DNA of 64,000 bases from Malacoraja senta. Its lineage: Eukaryota. Positions 47,601 to 61,469 of the stretch are shown here, in pieces. The notes beneath the pieces are model-generated. The model saw nothing but the letters and a program-made list of their open reading frames with translations. It was not told the DNA's origin and made no database searches. The translations under genes and the position numbers were made by a program. Every line of letters starts with the position of its first letter. Position 1 is the stretch's first letter. The DNA lies in contig CM075981.1 of assembly GCA_038087875.1 (NCBI GenBank), positions 682,001 to 746,000 of the forward strand. The letters run 5' to 3'.

Positions 47601-49499
47601 GATTTGGTTTCAAAATATTTACACTGTTGTTCAAATCTTCTTATCAACCTCACAACTTCCTATTTCTCAAAAACAGACATATAATGCTGGAGTAACTCAA
47701 TGGGTCAGGCAGCATCTCCAGAGAACATGGATAGGTGACGTTTTGGGTTCGGACCCTTCTTCAGGCTGATTGTAGTAGGGGGGAGAAAGCTGGGAGAGAG
47801 GTGGGGGAAGGATGAAGCCTGGCAAGTGATAGGTGGATACAGGTGAGGGAGAGAGGGTTACTGGCTGATGGGTGGACGAAGGCCAGAGATGGAAAGAAGA
47901 TAAAAGGCTGTGAGATGGTGATATGAGATATGGAAGAGGCATGAAATGTGAAGCTGGAAGAAAGGATATATATATATATATATAGATGTGGAAAGGGACG
48001 GAGATTAGTGGAAAAGATTGTTGTGGGTTAATTACTTAAAACTAGAAAATTCAATGTTCCCACCATTGGGTTGCAATCTACTCGAGCGGACTATCAGATA
48101 TCACTGCATCTGTACTTCCTTGTGTCTTCCTATTTCTCAACCTATTTTGTTGTGAGTTGCTCACATTGTGTTGTCACACTGCTACACTGGTGATGGAGAG
48201 GCTTGTTCTGGGTGATATTTGTGGGGTTGGGTTTGCTGTAGGTGGAACTGCAACCACCCCCAGAGACCCCAGTTGGATTCTGACCTCCGGCGCTATCAGT
48301 GTGGAGTTTGCACGTTCTCCCTGTGACCGCGTGGGTCTCCTCTGGGTGCTCCGGTTTCCTCCCACATCCCTAATACATGCGAGTTTGTAGGTTAAATACC
48401 TCTGCAAGATTGTCGCAAATGTGTAGGGAATGGATGAGAAAGTGGGATAACAGAACTAGTGTGTACATGTAGACAAAAATGTCAGAGAAACTCATCGTTT
48501 TTGTCTACCGCTTTTCCAGCATCTGCAGTTTCTTCTTAAACATAGTGTGTACAGGTGATCAATGGTCGGCATGGACTCGGTGGGCCAATGGGCCTGTTTC
48601 CATGCGGTATCTATAAACCAAACTAATTCTACCCTTATCACTTATGATCTTATGACAAAAATTCAGCATCTTTTATTACATTGGATTATTTTAATCATTA
48701 TTCAATGTGCAGGGTTTTACACAACAATTCAATTGGTAGTAAAGTTAAAAGTTCACATTCTGGAGAGCCTGCTTTGAGTTCTAGTCTATGTACTGCTGTC
48801 TTTTGGGTGAATGTCAGGATGTACAGACGTGTCTGCAAACATAGGTACAGAATTCAGCCATTTTCTCCATCGAGTCTACTCCGCCATTCAATCATGGATG
48901 ATCTATCTTTCCCCCTCCATCCCATTCTCCTGCCTTCTCCCCACAACTTTTGTCACCCTGAGTAAACCTGTCAATCTCCAATTTAAAAATATCCATTGAC
49001 TTGGCCTCCACAGCCATCTGTGGCAATGAATTCCAACAGATTCATCACCCTCTGGTTAAAGAAATTCCTCCTCAAGTGGTCAAGTTAGATTGGACATAGG
49101 TGGGGTGTGGTGATGCTGTAGGGTCAAGGTGATGAGATTTGTCCATCTGCAACTGGTGAACACCCTCTTTGGCCCTGAAAAGCTAAACGATGATTATTGG
49201 ACGTCATTCCATCAGAACAACAATATTGATATAACGATTACCCTTAATTTTTATCTTATTGTTCTAACGCGTGTCCAAGTTCAATACTTGTAATCATGTA
49301 ACCATTTTTATATCCCCATTGCTCAATGGTTCAATGGTACTTGATTGTCTCATGCACATGGGTACAGTGAAATTTCTTTTGCATAGAATTCAGTACAAAT
49401 CTTACTTTATATAAGCACAGCTGAAGCTAAGAACAAGATTGTATTAATAGCAGATTATATGATACAGTACACTAGAGTTGCCACATTTCTGGCAGTATC

Positions 49500-49506
49500 T
49501 TATATT
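49500..49506 (-). CDS. Gene 2 candidate terminal coding exon (R-I-stop)
   Basis: Identical to 17134-17140. Confidence 0.5.
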
Positions 49507-50194
49507 CTTAAACATCAAATTGATAAAAAAGTATTGTCATATTTTGGGCTTAAAGTCTCGTTGTCGTGGGGACTGCACTGGGTGGGAGTTGCAGGGGTCG
49601 GCCTGGCCTGGCGATGTTGTTGGTGCCTCCACCGCCGCTCCGTGCCGCTGCAGGACGTGTCCGCTCCGCACGCTCGTCCCCGACCTCTGTGGGGCCTCCA
49701 GTGGCACCCGATCCACCGGCTGCTGCAGGGCCTCCAGCAGCCCACTCGCACTCCGCCCACACCTCGACCAACCAACGCACCCTTTTCCCCTCACCTCCCA
49801 CGCCGTCTCCCAGCCAGCTCACCGGCACTGTTCTTCTCCTCCCTCCACCGCTGCCGACCCCATCTCCAACATCTCGGCTGTTTTTTTCCTTGAATAACAA
49901 TTAAAACGCAGTTTATAATCTCTACCATCAAATTTTACCCGAGGAAATGACCCAGGGCGGCACAGTGGCGCAGCGGTAGAGTTACTGCCTTACAGCGCCA
50001 GAGACCCGGGTTTGGCGCTGTAAGGCAGCGTGGGTTTTATCCGGGTGCTCCGGTTTCCTCCCACAATCCAAAGACGTGTAGTTTTGTAGGTTAATTGGCT
50101 TCTGTATAATTGTAAATTGTCCCTCATGTGTAGGATAGTGCGAGTGTACGGGGTGATCATTGGTCAGCGCGGATTTGGTTGGCTGTAGGGCCTA

Positions 50195-52383
50195 CAGTGC
50201 CCTCCATAATGTTTGGGACAAAGACCCATCATTTATTTATTTGCCTCTGTACTCCACAATTTGAGAATAGTAATAGAAAAAAAAATCACATATGTTAAAG
50301 TGCACATTTTCAGATTTTTATACATTTTGATTTCACCAGGTAGAAATTACAGCAGTGATTATACATAGTCCAGTTCAGGGCACCATAATGTTTGGGACAC
50401 AACAATGTCATGTAAATGAAAGTAGTCATGTTTAGTATTTTGTTGCATATCCTTTGCATGGAATGAATGCCTGAAGTCTGAGATTCATGGACATCACCAG
50501 TTGCTGGGTGTCTTCTCTGGTGATGCTCTGCCAGGCCTGTATTGCAGCCATCTTTAGCTTATGCTTGTTTTGGGGGCGAGTCACCTTCGGTTTTCTCTTC
50601 AGCATATAAAAGGCATGCTCAATTGGGTTCAGAATGACTTGGCCACTCAAGAATTGACCATTTTTTAGCTTTGAAAAATTCCTTTGTTGTTTTTGCAATA
50701 TGTTTGGAATCATTGTCTTGCTGTAGAATGAACCGTCAACCTCTAGCAGATAGGATGTCTCTATACATGTCAGAATTCATTATGCTACTACCATCAGCAG
50801 TTGCATTACCAAGGAAGATAAATGGGTCAGTACCTTCAGCAGCCATACATGCCCAGGACATAACACCGCCACCACCGTGTTTCACAGATGAGGTGGTATA
50901 CTTTAGATCTTGGGCAGTTCCTTCCCTCCTCCATACTTTGCTCTTGCCATTACTCTGATATGTTAATCTTACATAGGTACATAGATACATAGAAAATAGG
51001 TGCAGGAGTAGGCCATTTGGCCCTTCGAGCCTGCACCGCCATTCAATATGATCATGGCTGATCATCCAACTCAGTATCCCGTTACCTGCCTTCTCTCCAT
51101 ACCCCCTGATCCCCTTAGCCACAAGGGCCACATCTAACTCCCTCTTAAATATAGCCAATGAACTGGCCTCAACTACCCTCTTTGGCAGAGAGTTCCAGAG
51201 ATTCACCACTCTCTGTGTGAAAAAGTTTTTCCTCATCTCGGTCTTAAAGGATTTCCCCCTTATCCTTAAGCTGTGACCCCTTGTCCTGGACTTCCCCAAC
51301 ATCGGGAACAATCTTCCTGCATCTAGCCTGTCCAACCCCATAAGAATTTTGTACGTTTCTATAAGATCCCCTCTCAATCTCCTAAATTCTAGCGAGTATA
51401 AGCCAAGTCTATCCAGTCTTTCTTCATATGAAAGTCCTGACATCCCAGGAATCAGTCTGGTAAACCTTCTCTGCACTCCCTCTATGGCTATAATGTCCTT
51501 CCTCAGATTTGGAGACCAAAACTGTACGCAATACTCCAGGTGTGGTCTCACCAAGACCCTGTACATCTCATCTGTCCACAAGACCTTTTTCCAGCACTGT
51601 GGTTGCTCTTTTAAGTACTTCTTCGCAAACTGTAAGCCGGCCATCCTACTTTTGCGGCTAACCAGTGGTTTGCATCTTGCAGTGTAGCCTCCGTATTTAT
51701 GTTCATGAAATCTTCTGCAGACAGTGGTCATTGACAAATCCACGCCTGACTCCTGAAGAGTGTTTCTGATCTGTCGGACAGGTGTTTGGGGTTTTTTTTT
51801 TTATAGAGATAATTCTTTTGTCATCTTGGCCTGATGTTTTCCTTGGCCTGCCATTCCCATTGCGATTAGTAAGCTCACCAGTGCTCTCTTTCTTCTTAAT
51901 GATGTTCCAAACAGTTGATTTTGGTAAGCCTAATGTTTGGCTGATGTTTCTAACAGTTTTATTCTTGTTTCTCAGTCTCAGAATGGCTTCTTTGACTTTC
52001 ATTGGCACAACTTTGGTCCTCATGTTGATAAACAGCAATAAAAGTTTCCAAATGTGATGGAAAGACTGGAGGAAAGACTAGGTGCTGAGAGCTTTCTTAT
52101 CCCTGCATTGAGGAGGCAATTAAACACACCTGAGCAATTACAAACACCTGTGAAGCAATGAGTCCAAAACATTATGGTGCCCTGAAATGGGGGGACTGTG
52201 TATAAACACAGCTGTAATCTCTACATGGTGAAACCAAAATGTATAAAAATACCCTTTAATAAAATCTGTCCATGTGCACTTTCACCACATGTGATTTTTT
52301 TCTATTACAAATCTCAAATTGTGGAATACAGAGGCAAATAAATAAATGAAGGGTCTTTGTCCAAAACATTATGGAGGGCACTG
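50195..52383 (-). mobile_element. Tc1 with CR1 insertion, duplicate of 17829-20017
   Basis: TA|CAGTG...CACTG|TA; same chimeric ORF at 50736..51743. Confidence 0.95.
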
Positions 52384-52481
52384 TATGTCCACACTTTATC
52401 TCCAGAATTCTAAAGTAAATTCCCATCATTTCCAATTGAATTTAATGTCATCACCAGAGTGAAGAGATTACAAACTTTTAC

Positions 52482-52589
52482 CTTTTAAAAGTTGTCACAC
52501 AGCTGATGGAAACCGGGAAGAGAAGCAGAACTCCAAAGAGTACCCAGCGTGACACACCCCAAACACGGCGAACATTCAACACGATGTCC
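52482..52589 (-). CDS. Gene 2 transmembrane exon
   Basis: Identical to 20116-20223 with the same splice sites. Confidence 0.88.
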
Positions 52590-53514
52590 CTGGAAATCCA
52601 AGGAAATATTATTACTTCCACACAGAGTTATCAAAGATCAACGCTGGGAGATTATTTCCATCATATTGCACACGGAATCATTCAGTGTGATCCAAGGTTG
52701 TGGCGTAGACATTGGTAAGATGTTTATATCGCAACATGCACCCATTCCTTGGAGGTGTTCCATGACTACATACATTGACAACTTAGATGTTCATGTTGGT
52801 GGTCAGACATAGAGCATGAAAACATGTCCTTGGACCTAATTTCCCCACGCCGACCAAGATGTCCTTATCGACACTATTCCCATCTGCCGGCCTTAGATGT
52901 TATTGTTGGAAGTATGATTAACGTGTTTACAGATTACACCAAAATTGTAGCATTTTGGATAGTACGATAATCATAGACCACAGAGGGATAAGAAGCAACT
53001 GGTATGTTGGGCAGAGCAATGCCAGCCGGTATTGAACCATGATAAGTGTGAAGTTATTTGTTTTTGGCATCAAATAAGGGTAGACATTCACAATGGTAGG
53101 GCCACTGGGTGTACTAAGGACAGAGGGACTTTAATCAAGGCCAATGACTATTTATCAATGGACTGGAATGTGATCAGCCACGCTTTCTCAAAGTACTGGG
53201 CATGATTTTACTAACAATAGGATACGATCCTACCGGACTACTGGTGCTGTCAGTACATAGTTTGTATGTTCTCCCTGTGATCACAAGAGTTTACTCTGGG
53301 TTCTCCAGTATCCTCCCACATTCCAAAGACATGCCGGTTTGTAGTAAATTGCCCCTAGTATGTAGAACAGAACTAGTGTATGGGGTGATCGCTGATCAGA
53401 GCGGACTCGGTGGGCCAAAGGGTCCATTTCCACGCTGTATCTTTTAACTGAGCTGAACTGAACTTAACTAATTTGTTCTCAGGTGAGGCTGAGTTGGCTC
53501 TTCGAGTTACTAAC

Positions 53515-53599
53515 CTGTTTGGAGGTGTTGAACCAAGAGACTCAGTGGAACTTGCTGCCTCGGTGGTGATGATCATATCTGGGCGGCTTGTTTGAGACC
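53515..53599 (-). CDS. Gene 2 stalk exon
   Basis: Identical to 21149-21233 with the same splice sites. Confidence 0.87.
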
Positions 53600-54915
53600 C
53601 TTGTGGAGATAAAGTGAATGAAGTTTTTGAACATTAAATGTCTGAGAGCACGTCCTGTGCCTCTTTAGTGAGGTGTGGGAGATGCCTCAGTTGGGAACGC
53701 TCTTGCTCTGTGTGGGGAGATTCCTGGGTTCAAATCCGACTCCACACATTTGGGCAAAGATCCTTCTGAGGCCACCATAGATGGACCAAGCCTCTTGATC
53801 TAGACAGGCGGCTCACCCATTAAGATGCCACCGGATGGTCGCAAGCATTCATTGACTTCTTTCATGCCCTTCAGAGTCCCACAGGCTGTGTTGTCTGCCT
53901 GCTGCTGGAGTTAGGCAAGTGTCTTCTACGTTGGAGAAGAACTTGGGAGTGGGAGGATCCGTGGACTATTTTCATTACGTGGACTGAATTGAAAATAATG
54001 CAATTTGGTTGGAGGTATCTACCTGAAACATTAAGTCTCGTCTCTCTCCATAAATGCTGCCCGACCCGTTGAGTATTTCATCTTGTACAGTTTGTGTGGC
54101 TCAGTGTAAAGTCTATATCACTCACATCATGCGGATTCTTAGTTCATAAGTTCATAAATAATAGGGGCAAAATTAGGCCATTTGGTCCATTGAGTCTACT
54201 CCGCCATTTAATCATGGCTGATCTATCTCTCCCTCTCAACCCCATTCTCCTGCCTTCTCCTCATATCGCTTGACATGCGTACTAATCAAGAACATGTCAA
54301 TCTCCACTTAAAATACCCAATGACTTGGCCCTCATTGGAAACATGGTAAAAGCTTTTCCCTGTACCTCAGTACAGGCGACAACAATAAACTGAGCTCATG
54401 AATCACCATAGTTTGTGAGACACAAGGAATTGCAGGTGTTGGAATCTTGAGCAATACACAAAGTGCTGGAGTAACTCAGCAAGTCAGGCAGCATCTGTGG
54501 ATGGAATGAATAGACGATGTATAGGCTTGGGACCCTTCTTCAGATGTTGTGTGTGTGGTGGGTGTGACATTGACGGGAAGGGGGAGAGGGTGAGGGGGTG
54601 GTTCCACCCCCCCTGCTCCAGTGAGGGGGCACCAGAGGTTCTGGTCCCGGAGAGATCGTGTTTGGGGAAATGAACCGTCAGCAGCAGGACCGCCGGTCCC
54701 CATTGATGAGATCCCCCCCACCCCCCACACTGCTCCTGGGACAGTGGGATCTTGGTGTGGCCCCATGCAGCGGGTCCCCCCTACCCCCCCTCACCTCCCC
54801 CCAAACTCCTCCCCCCCACGGACCCCCGGGGATGTGGCACCGTCATGACCGAGGCCGGGAAATCCCAGGCTGGAATTTTCACATCTGGGAGAGTGAGGAG
54901 AGATCGTCAATGTAC

Positions 54916-55239
54916 CTTCAGAAACCTTCAATGAGATGGAGGTCTTTTCATTGAATGACAATATTGCCTTTCCTATCACACACCAGTAGTATCCTTCATC
55001 ACTCTTCTCCAGTTTGTCGATGGTTACTGAAAGTATCTGTTCTGTTTTGTTATCAGTCATCGAAGTTCCCCCTTGTCGTGGGTGATCAGTAGAAACCACG
55101 GTCTCAGATGTCCAGTAATCATCACCTTTACTCCATAGCTTCCTGTTGTCACTGTATTCCCGATCATATGGACATTCCACAGTGACCGACTGCCCCAACT
55201 CTCCCCTCACCTCCTTGTGTCCAGTTATTCCCCTTGACC
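54916..55239 (-). CDS. Gene 2 Ig V-type domain exon (324 nt), CD300/pIgR-like
   Basis: cccacag|GG acceptor, GAAG|GTACAT donor; SDEGYYWC; 11 aa differences from gene 1. Confidence 0.94.
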
Positions 55240-58200
55240 CTGTGGGCACATTAATGATGAAAGATCACTCACACTGCAGCAACACAAGCTGAGGTTTAAC
55301 AATAAAAAACATGTAATTTGTGTGTTCAGACAGGTTCATGGTTTCGCATAGATCGTGTGCAGCAAGGAACTGCAGGTGCTGGTTTACACCAAAGATAGAC
55401 ACAAAGAGCTGGAGTAACTCAGCGGGACAGGCAGCATCTCTGGAGAAACCGACGGGTGATGTTCCCTCACCCATTCCTTCTCTCCAGAGATGCTGCCCGT
55501 CCCGCTGAGTTACTCCAGCATTTTGTGTCTCTCTTCTTTTGCATAGAACCTGTTGCACTTTCATGCTTTTCCCGCTGGTGTTAATTCCCATTTCACCAGG
55601 ATTGTTCCCCAAGTTCCAGTGAAAGCAGAAGTGCTTGTGAATCTACCTGGCGCCCAGATCATCCTTCCCTGTGGGCGTGGCTTGACCTGAGTGGTGGTCC
55701 TGTGACAGGAAGCCAAACCTGTCACTCAATCTGACCCACCCTGTGTTCAATCTCACTACAACCCACTTCCCCATTGAACAAGTAGAAACAAGGAACTGCA
55801 GATGCTGGTTAATACACAAAAGGACACAAAGTGCTGGAGTAACTCAACGGGTCAGGAACTATCTCTGGAGAAAGAGGAATTCTCTGGGTGAAAATGTTTT
55901 TCCTCATTTGAGTCCAAAATGGCCTACCCCTTATTCAGGTCTCAACCGTAAACGTCACCTATCCATGTTCTCCAGAGATGCTGCCTGACCTGCTGACTTA
56001 CTGGTATGGTATGGTATATGGACACACTGATTTGTTTTGTAGTAAATGCCTACTATGTTCTGTGTGCTGAAGCAAAGCAAGAATTTCATTGTCCTATCAG
56101 GGACACGTTACAATAAACTCACTTGAACTTGAACTTGAACTCCAGCACTTTGTGCTTTACTAAAGCTGAATAGGCAGCTGCCTGTGATGCCTCAGCAGAT
56201 CAGGCAACATCGCTGGAGAACATGGATATGTAATGTTACAGGTAGAGACATGGTGGCACAGTGGCACAGGGGTAGAGTTGCTGCCTTACAGCGCCAGAGA
56301 CCCATGTTTGATCCTGACCTCGGGTGCTGTCTGTACGGAGTTTCCACGTTCTCCCCGTGACAGCGTGGGCTTTCTCCAGTTTTCTCCCACACACCAAAGA
56401 CGTGCAGGTTTGTAGGTTAATTGGCTTTCGTTAAAATTGTAAATTGTTCCTAGTGAGTAGGCTAGTGGTAGTGTGCCGGGTGGTCGCTGTACGGCGTGGA
56501 CTTGGTGGGCAAAAGGGCCTGTTTCCGTGCTGTATCTCTAAAGTCACTAAAGGAAAGTCACCAAGTGATGCAGCTTGACCTGCAGTGTTACTCCAGCACT
56601 TTGTGTTTTACTAAAGCTGAATAGCCAGTGGTGACTCAGCAGGTCAGGCAGTATCTGTGGAGAACATGGATTGGTGACGTTTCAAGTCAAGACCATGAGA
56701 TACTGTCTGACCTACGGAGTTACCCCAGCACTTTGTGCCCCATTGAACTAATCTTCCCGGCCTGTGGTGGAAGCTGGATCTGCCACTGATGTTTCAAACT
56801 CCACGTCCACGTGGCATAATCATGAGGTGTCTTTTTCACATAAAGGCTGGTGGGTGTATGGATCAAGCTGCCAGAGGAGGTAGTTGAGGCAAGGACAATC
56901 CCATCATTTAAGAAACAGTTAGACAGGTACATGGATAGGATAGGTTTGAAGGGACATGGACCAAACGTGGACAGGTGGGACTAGTGTTGCTGAGACATGT
57001 TGGCCGGTGTGGGCAAGTTGGGCTGAAGGGACTGTTTCTACACTGTATCACTCTATGACTCTAACACATGTGAAACTCTGCAGATTCAGGAGCTGGGGTG
57101 GAGGCACATCATCAGATCAGTTCAGGTCCGCTCACAAGCCACAAGACAAATGCCTTGAAGGAGCTCAGAGGCTGGGGAAAGCACGGTGTGAAGAACAGCT
57201 CGAGCAGCAGAGTCTGTAAGGCAGCTGGTTTTTCTCAGAAGGGAGAGATTACCACAACTTCTCCAAATGCTAAATGGGACAGTACTTCCTCATTTAAGAT
57301 GCCCGCCTGTTGCCAATGGCTGACTTTCACAGGTTTTATCTTTGAATGTGCTAAGGTTTAGGTTCAACATTTCCCATTGCAGTGCGTGGAGGGAGTGCCG
57401 TGTGGCTTTGATAGACACAAAATGCTGGAGTAACGCAGCGGGTCAGGCTTCATCTCTGGAGAGAAGCAATGGGTGACGTTTTGGGTCGAGACCCTTCTTC
57501 AGACCAACAGTCAGGGAGTGAGGAAGTCAAGAGATATATAAGGGGTAAAGCATTTAGCTGATCTGCTGTCAAGTCACTGAGAAAGTTCACCTGGAGATAG
57601 TTTGCACCAGAATAGTGGAGCAAACTCTCTGGTCTGGGGGCAAGAGTTACCCCTACACCCAACATCAACAAGGCCAGCTGTCGGGTAATTTTCTACAGGG
57701 AGTTAGCGGTGTGCCATTTGGCTGTGTACAGCATCACAACAGTCATTAGTGCAGGAAAGAACAAGTCTGCAAGCACTTTATCTTGAGCAACTCGTAGCCC
57801 AGTAGTCTGCTCTGTGGCTCAAAATAATTCAAGGTGCTAGTAAATAATTCTGAAGAACAGATCATAAGTTCATTAGTACTAGGAGCAGAATTAGGCCATT
57901 TGGCCCATCAAGTCTACTCTCCTCCATTCAATCATGGCTGATCTATCTTTCCCTCTCAACTAAATCCTCCTGCCTTCTCCCCAGGACTCCTGACACCAGT
58001 ACTGATCAAGAATCTAGCCATCTCTGCCTTAGAAATATCTATTGACTGCCTCCACAGCATTCTGCGGCAAAGAATTCCACAGTTTCACCACCTTCTAACT
58101 AAAGAAATTCCTCCTCATCTCCTTCCTAATGGAATGTCCTTTAATTCTGAAGCTGTGAGCTCTGGTCCTAGACTATCCCACTAGTGGAATCATCCTCACC

Positions 58201-58471
58201 CCATCCACTCTGTCCAGGCCTTTCACTATTTGGTAACTTTCAATGAGGTCCAGGTAGTTATCTCCCTTCTGCACAGGGAGCTAGCTGTGTGCAATTTGGC
58301 TGCATACAACACGACAACAACCGCTGATGGAAGTCTCTACAGGAACTAACGAGTGTTGAGCAATTTATCATCAGCCCCCCACACAGTACAGAGAGGTCCT
58401 TGGTTACAAATAATTCAAGGCGCCAGTAAATAATTCTAATGAACAGAGCATTTTGTAAAACAACGATTTAC

Positions 58472-58568
58472 CTGATGTGAGACCAACAGCGACAAGAACC
58501 AACAGAGCGACTGTTCCCCTGGATCTGGGCCGTTTCTGGTGGGTGAATTCTCCCTGTCCCACCGCCAT
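58472..58568 (-). CDS. Gene 2 leader exon: MAVGQGEFTHQKRPRSRGTVALLVLVAVGLTS
   Basis: gacATGG start, TCAG|GTAAAT donor; 2 nt differences from gene 1. Confidence 0.88.
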
Positions 58569-58879
58569 GTCTCAGCTGCGTTGGATCGGTTTGGTCCCTG
58601 CACTGCGTTTGAGTTGTTCCCTACCTCATTCACAACAGAAGTCAAACAGTCAATTTCCGTTTACTCAGGAAACGACTTTGCAGTGGTTCGAGACTAACTT
58701 GGTGACTCACTTGCCACCTCCCCCAGCCTCCTCACCACGGACAATGCACCTATCAGGACTGCGCTGCAACGCTCTCCAGTTGCCTGGATTGGAGCATCTC
58801 CTCGAAGCTCTGCTTCATCCTGGTGACATTTGCCTACTTGACTGGCGTTCTGTCCACCACCGCAAACATTCCCTTTATT

Positions 58880-59520
58880 TGGCCATTTGCTCCATCGAGT
58901 CTACTCCGCCGTTCAATCATGGATGATCTATCTTTCCATCTCCATCCCATTTTCCTGCCATCTCCCCACAACCTTTGACACCCCGAATAAACCTGTCAAT
59001 CTCCACTCCAAAAATATCCATTGACTTGGCCTCCACAGCCGTCTGTGGCAATGAATTCAACAGATTCATCACCCGCTGGCTAAAGAAATTCCTCCTCAAG
59101 TGGTCAAGTTAGATTGGACATAGGTGGGGTGTGGTGATGCTGTAGGGTCAAGGTGTGAACACCCTCTCTGGCCCTGAAAAGCTAAACGATGATTATTGGG
59201 CGTCATTCCTTCAGAATAACAATATTGATATAACGATTACCCTCAATTTTTATCTTATTCTTTTAACGCATGTCCACAGTTGTAATCATGTAACCGTTTT
59301 TGTATCCCCATTGCTCAATGGTTCAATGGTATTTTATTATCGCATGTACATGGGTACAGTGACATTTCTTTTGCATAGAATTCAGTAGAAGTTCAGTACT
59401 TTATATAAGCACAGCTGAAGCAAAGGACAAGAGTGTATTAATAGCAGATTATATGATACAGTACACAAGAGTTGCCACATTTCTCACGGTATTTTATTTT
59501 CTTAAACATCAAATTCGTAA
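58880..59520. repeat. Paralog of 16490-17170 (3' module of a further receptor gene; R-K-stop at 59494-59500, minus strand)
   Basis: Colinear similarity including non-TE sequence. Confidence 0.8.
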
Positions 59521-59569
59521 AAAAGTAGAGCCTTATTTTGGAAAACATACTTGGCGAATAAAGTGTGAT

Positions 59570-60073
59570 TCTGATTCTATTCGGCCGACCGTTCGGCCCA
59601 ACAAGTCCACACTGGCCATCAATCACCCGTTCACACTAGTCCCATGTTACACCACTTTTGCATGCACTTCCTACACATTTAGTGCAAATCGACAAGAGGG
59701 CCAAATAACCTACAAAGTCTTTGGGATGTGGGAGGAAACCGGAGCACCCAGAGGAGACCCACGGTGTCACAGGAAGAACCTGCAAACTCCACACTGATAG
59801 CACCGGAGGTCAGAATCAAACCGGGTCTCGGGGTGGTTGCAGTTCCACCTACAGCAAACCCAACCCCACAAATATCACCCAGAACAAGCCTCTCCATCAC
59901 CAGTGTAGCAGTGTGACAACACAATGCTAGCAACTCACGTCAAAATAGGTTGAGAAACAGGAAGACACAAGGAAGTACAGATGCAGTAATATCTGATAGT
60001 CCGCTCGAGTAGATTGCAACCCAATGGTGGGAACATTGAATTTTCTAGTTTTAAGTAACTAACCCACAACAAT
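59570..60073 (+). repeat. Inverted copy of the ~3170-3665 block (SINE, stalk-like exon, PLE end)
   Basis: Reverse complement including unique exon-like sequence; truncated by DIRS. Confidence 0.9.
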
Positions 60074-61469
60074 TTTACTTCGGAGTCACGTGAGTGACAA
60101 CGTGAAGAACCCCGCCAGTGCGCCTGCGCGTCATTACGTCAGACGCCTTGACGCAAACGGACGTGAGGAGCAGTGCTCCTCGAGTGGTTTGTAGTTTTTC
60201 AACTACAAGGTAAGTAAAAACTTTTTTACAGGTTTTCCAGGTCCGTTTACTGTGGGTCTATGGCGATTTTTTCCACCGACGCCATGGGAAAAAACGGACA
60301 GGGGGAAGAGGCGAGCGACATAGCCGACAGAAGTCGGGAAAGTCGGGAGTCCGCGGTTAGAGACCAACCGCCTCTAAACCCCGGTACAGTCGCCAGCGGT
60401 GAGCATAGCGACTGTGGACCTGGGGCTGGTGAAAACACAGTCAGCGCCTGTCGGGCAAAAGACAAAGTTTAAATCCCAACGGAGGGAGTCCCAGGCAATG
60501 AAGAAGCTCCAGGGCTAGATACTGCTTTAGAGCGTATTGCCCAAATAGAAAGCCTTTTACACAGGCTGTTGGAGCAAAGTTCACTCAGGAAGGAGTGTTC
60601 TGAAAGCCAAGCTGCTGGAAACAGTTCAAACAGCTCCTGGTACAGGGCTAGATACTGCTTTCGAGCGTATTGCCCAAATAGAAGCCTTTTTCATAGGTTG
60701 TTGGAGCAAACGTTCACTCAGGAAGGAGTGTACTGTAATCCAAGCTGCAGGAGCAGCTTAACAGCACCTGGCTCAGGGCTGATGGAATGCACCCTCAGGA
60801 ATGAGGAGCGTGCTACGGGTCATGAGATTTCAGACCCCGACTCTGACGGTGAGGCTGTACAAGGCGATGAAAGGCAGCTGCCAGATGTTCCACCCCTGGT
60901 AGTAGGATTCACTGCCCCGGCAGGGTCAGGAGAGCCATTAGGAAGAACTGGCCTCCTTAATAAATTACCTGGTTTACCATTAGCTGGAACAGCATGAAAT
61001 GGATGAGACTGCAAGAGTATCTGGAATCAGTTGCAGAGAATATTAAAGCTGCTGGGTTCTGGAATAACTGCTTTTACCAGAATAGCAGGTAACAACCAAA
61101 AGATGACGAAGTTGCATCAGCAAGCACTGGGGTTGCTATGCAGCACCCACTTCGAGAAGTGCTATACGGTCTACTATGAATCCGAAATTCGCAGCACTCT
61201 GCAAACCAAGTAATATACAAATTACCCAACTTACTCTTTGGAGAGATCTCGGGAGATGTATTAAAGAGTTGGAAGATGAAGCGATAACAGGATTGATGAA
61301 GACATCAATGGTTGTGAAGTCTGTAAAGAGGAAGTATCCTTTCAGACGTCATACGGATCCTGGACCAAGTCACTCATCAACGCAGGGACGTAGTTGGCGG
61401 CCTGCAGCGGGAGCAAGAACCAGTGGGCGTGCTTCCGGGAGAACCCAGGAATCTCAGGGTACTCAAATG

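Larger units (their letters stand above)
32366..54775. repeat. Recent tandem segmental duplication, copy B
   Basis: Near-identical to 1-~22410. Confidence 0.97.
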
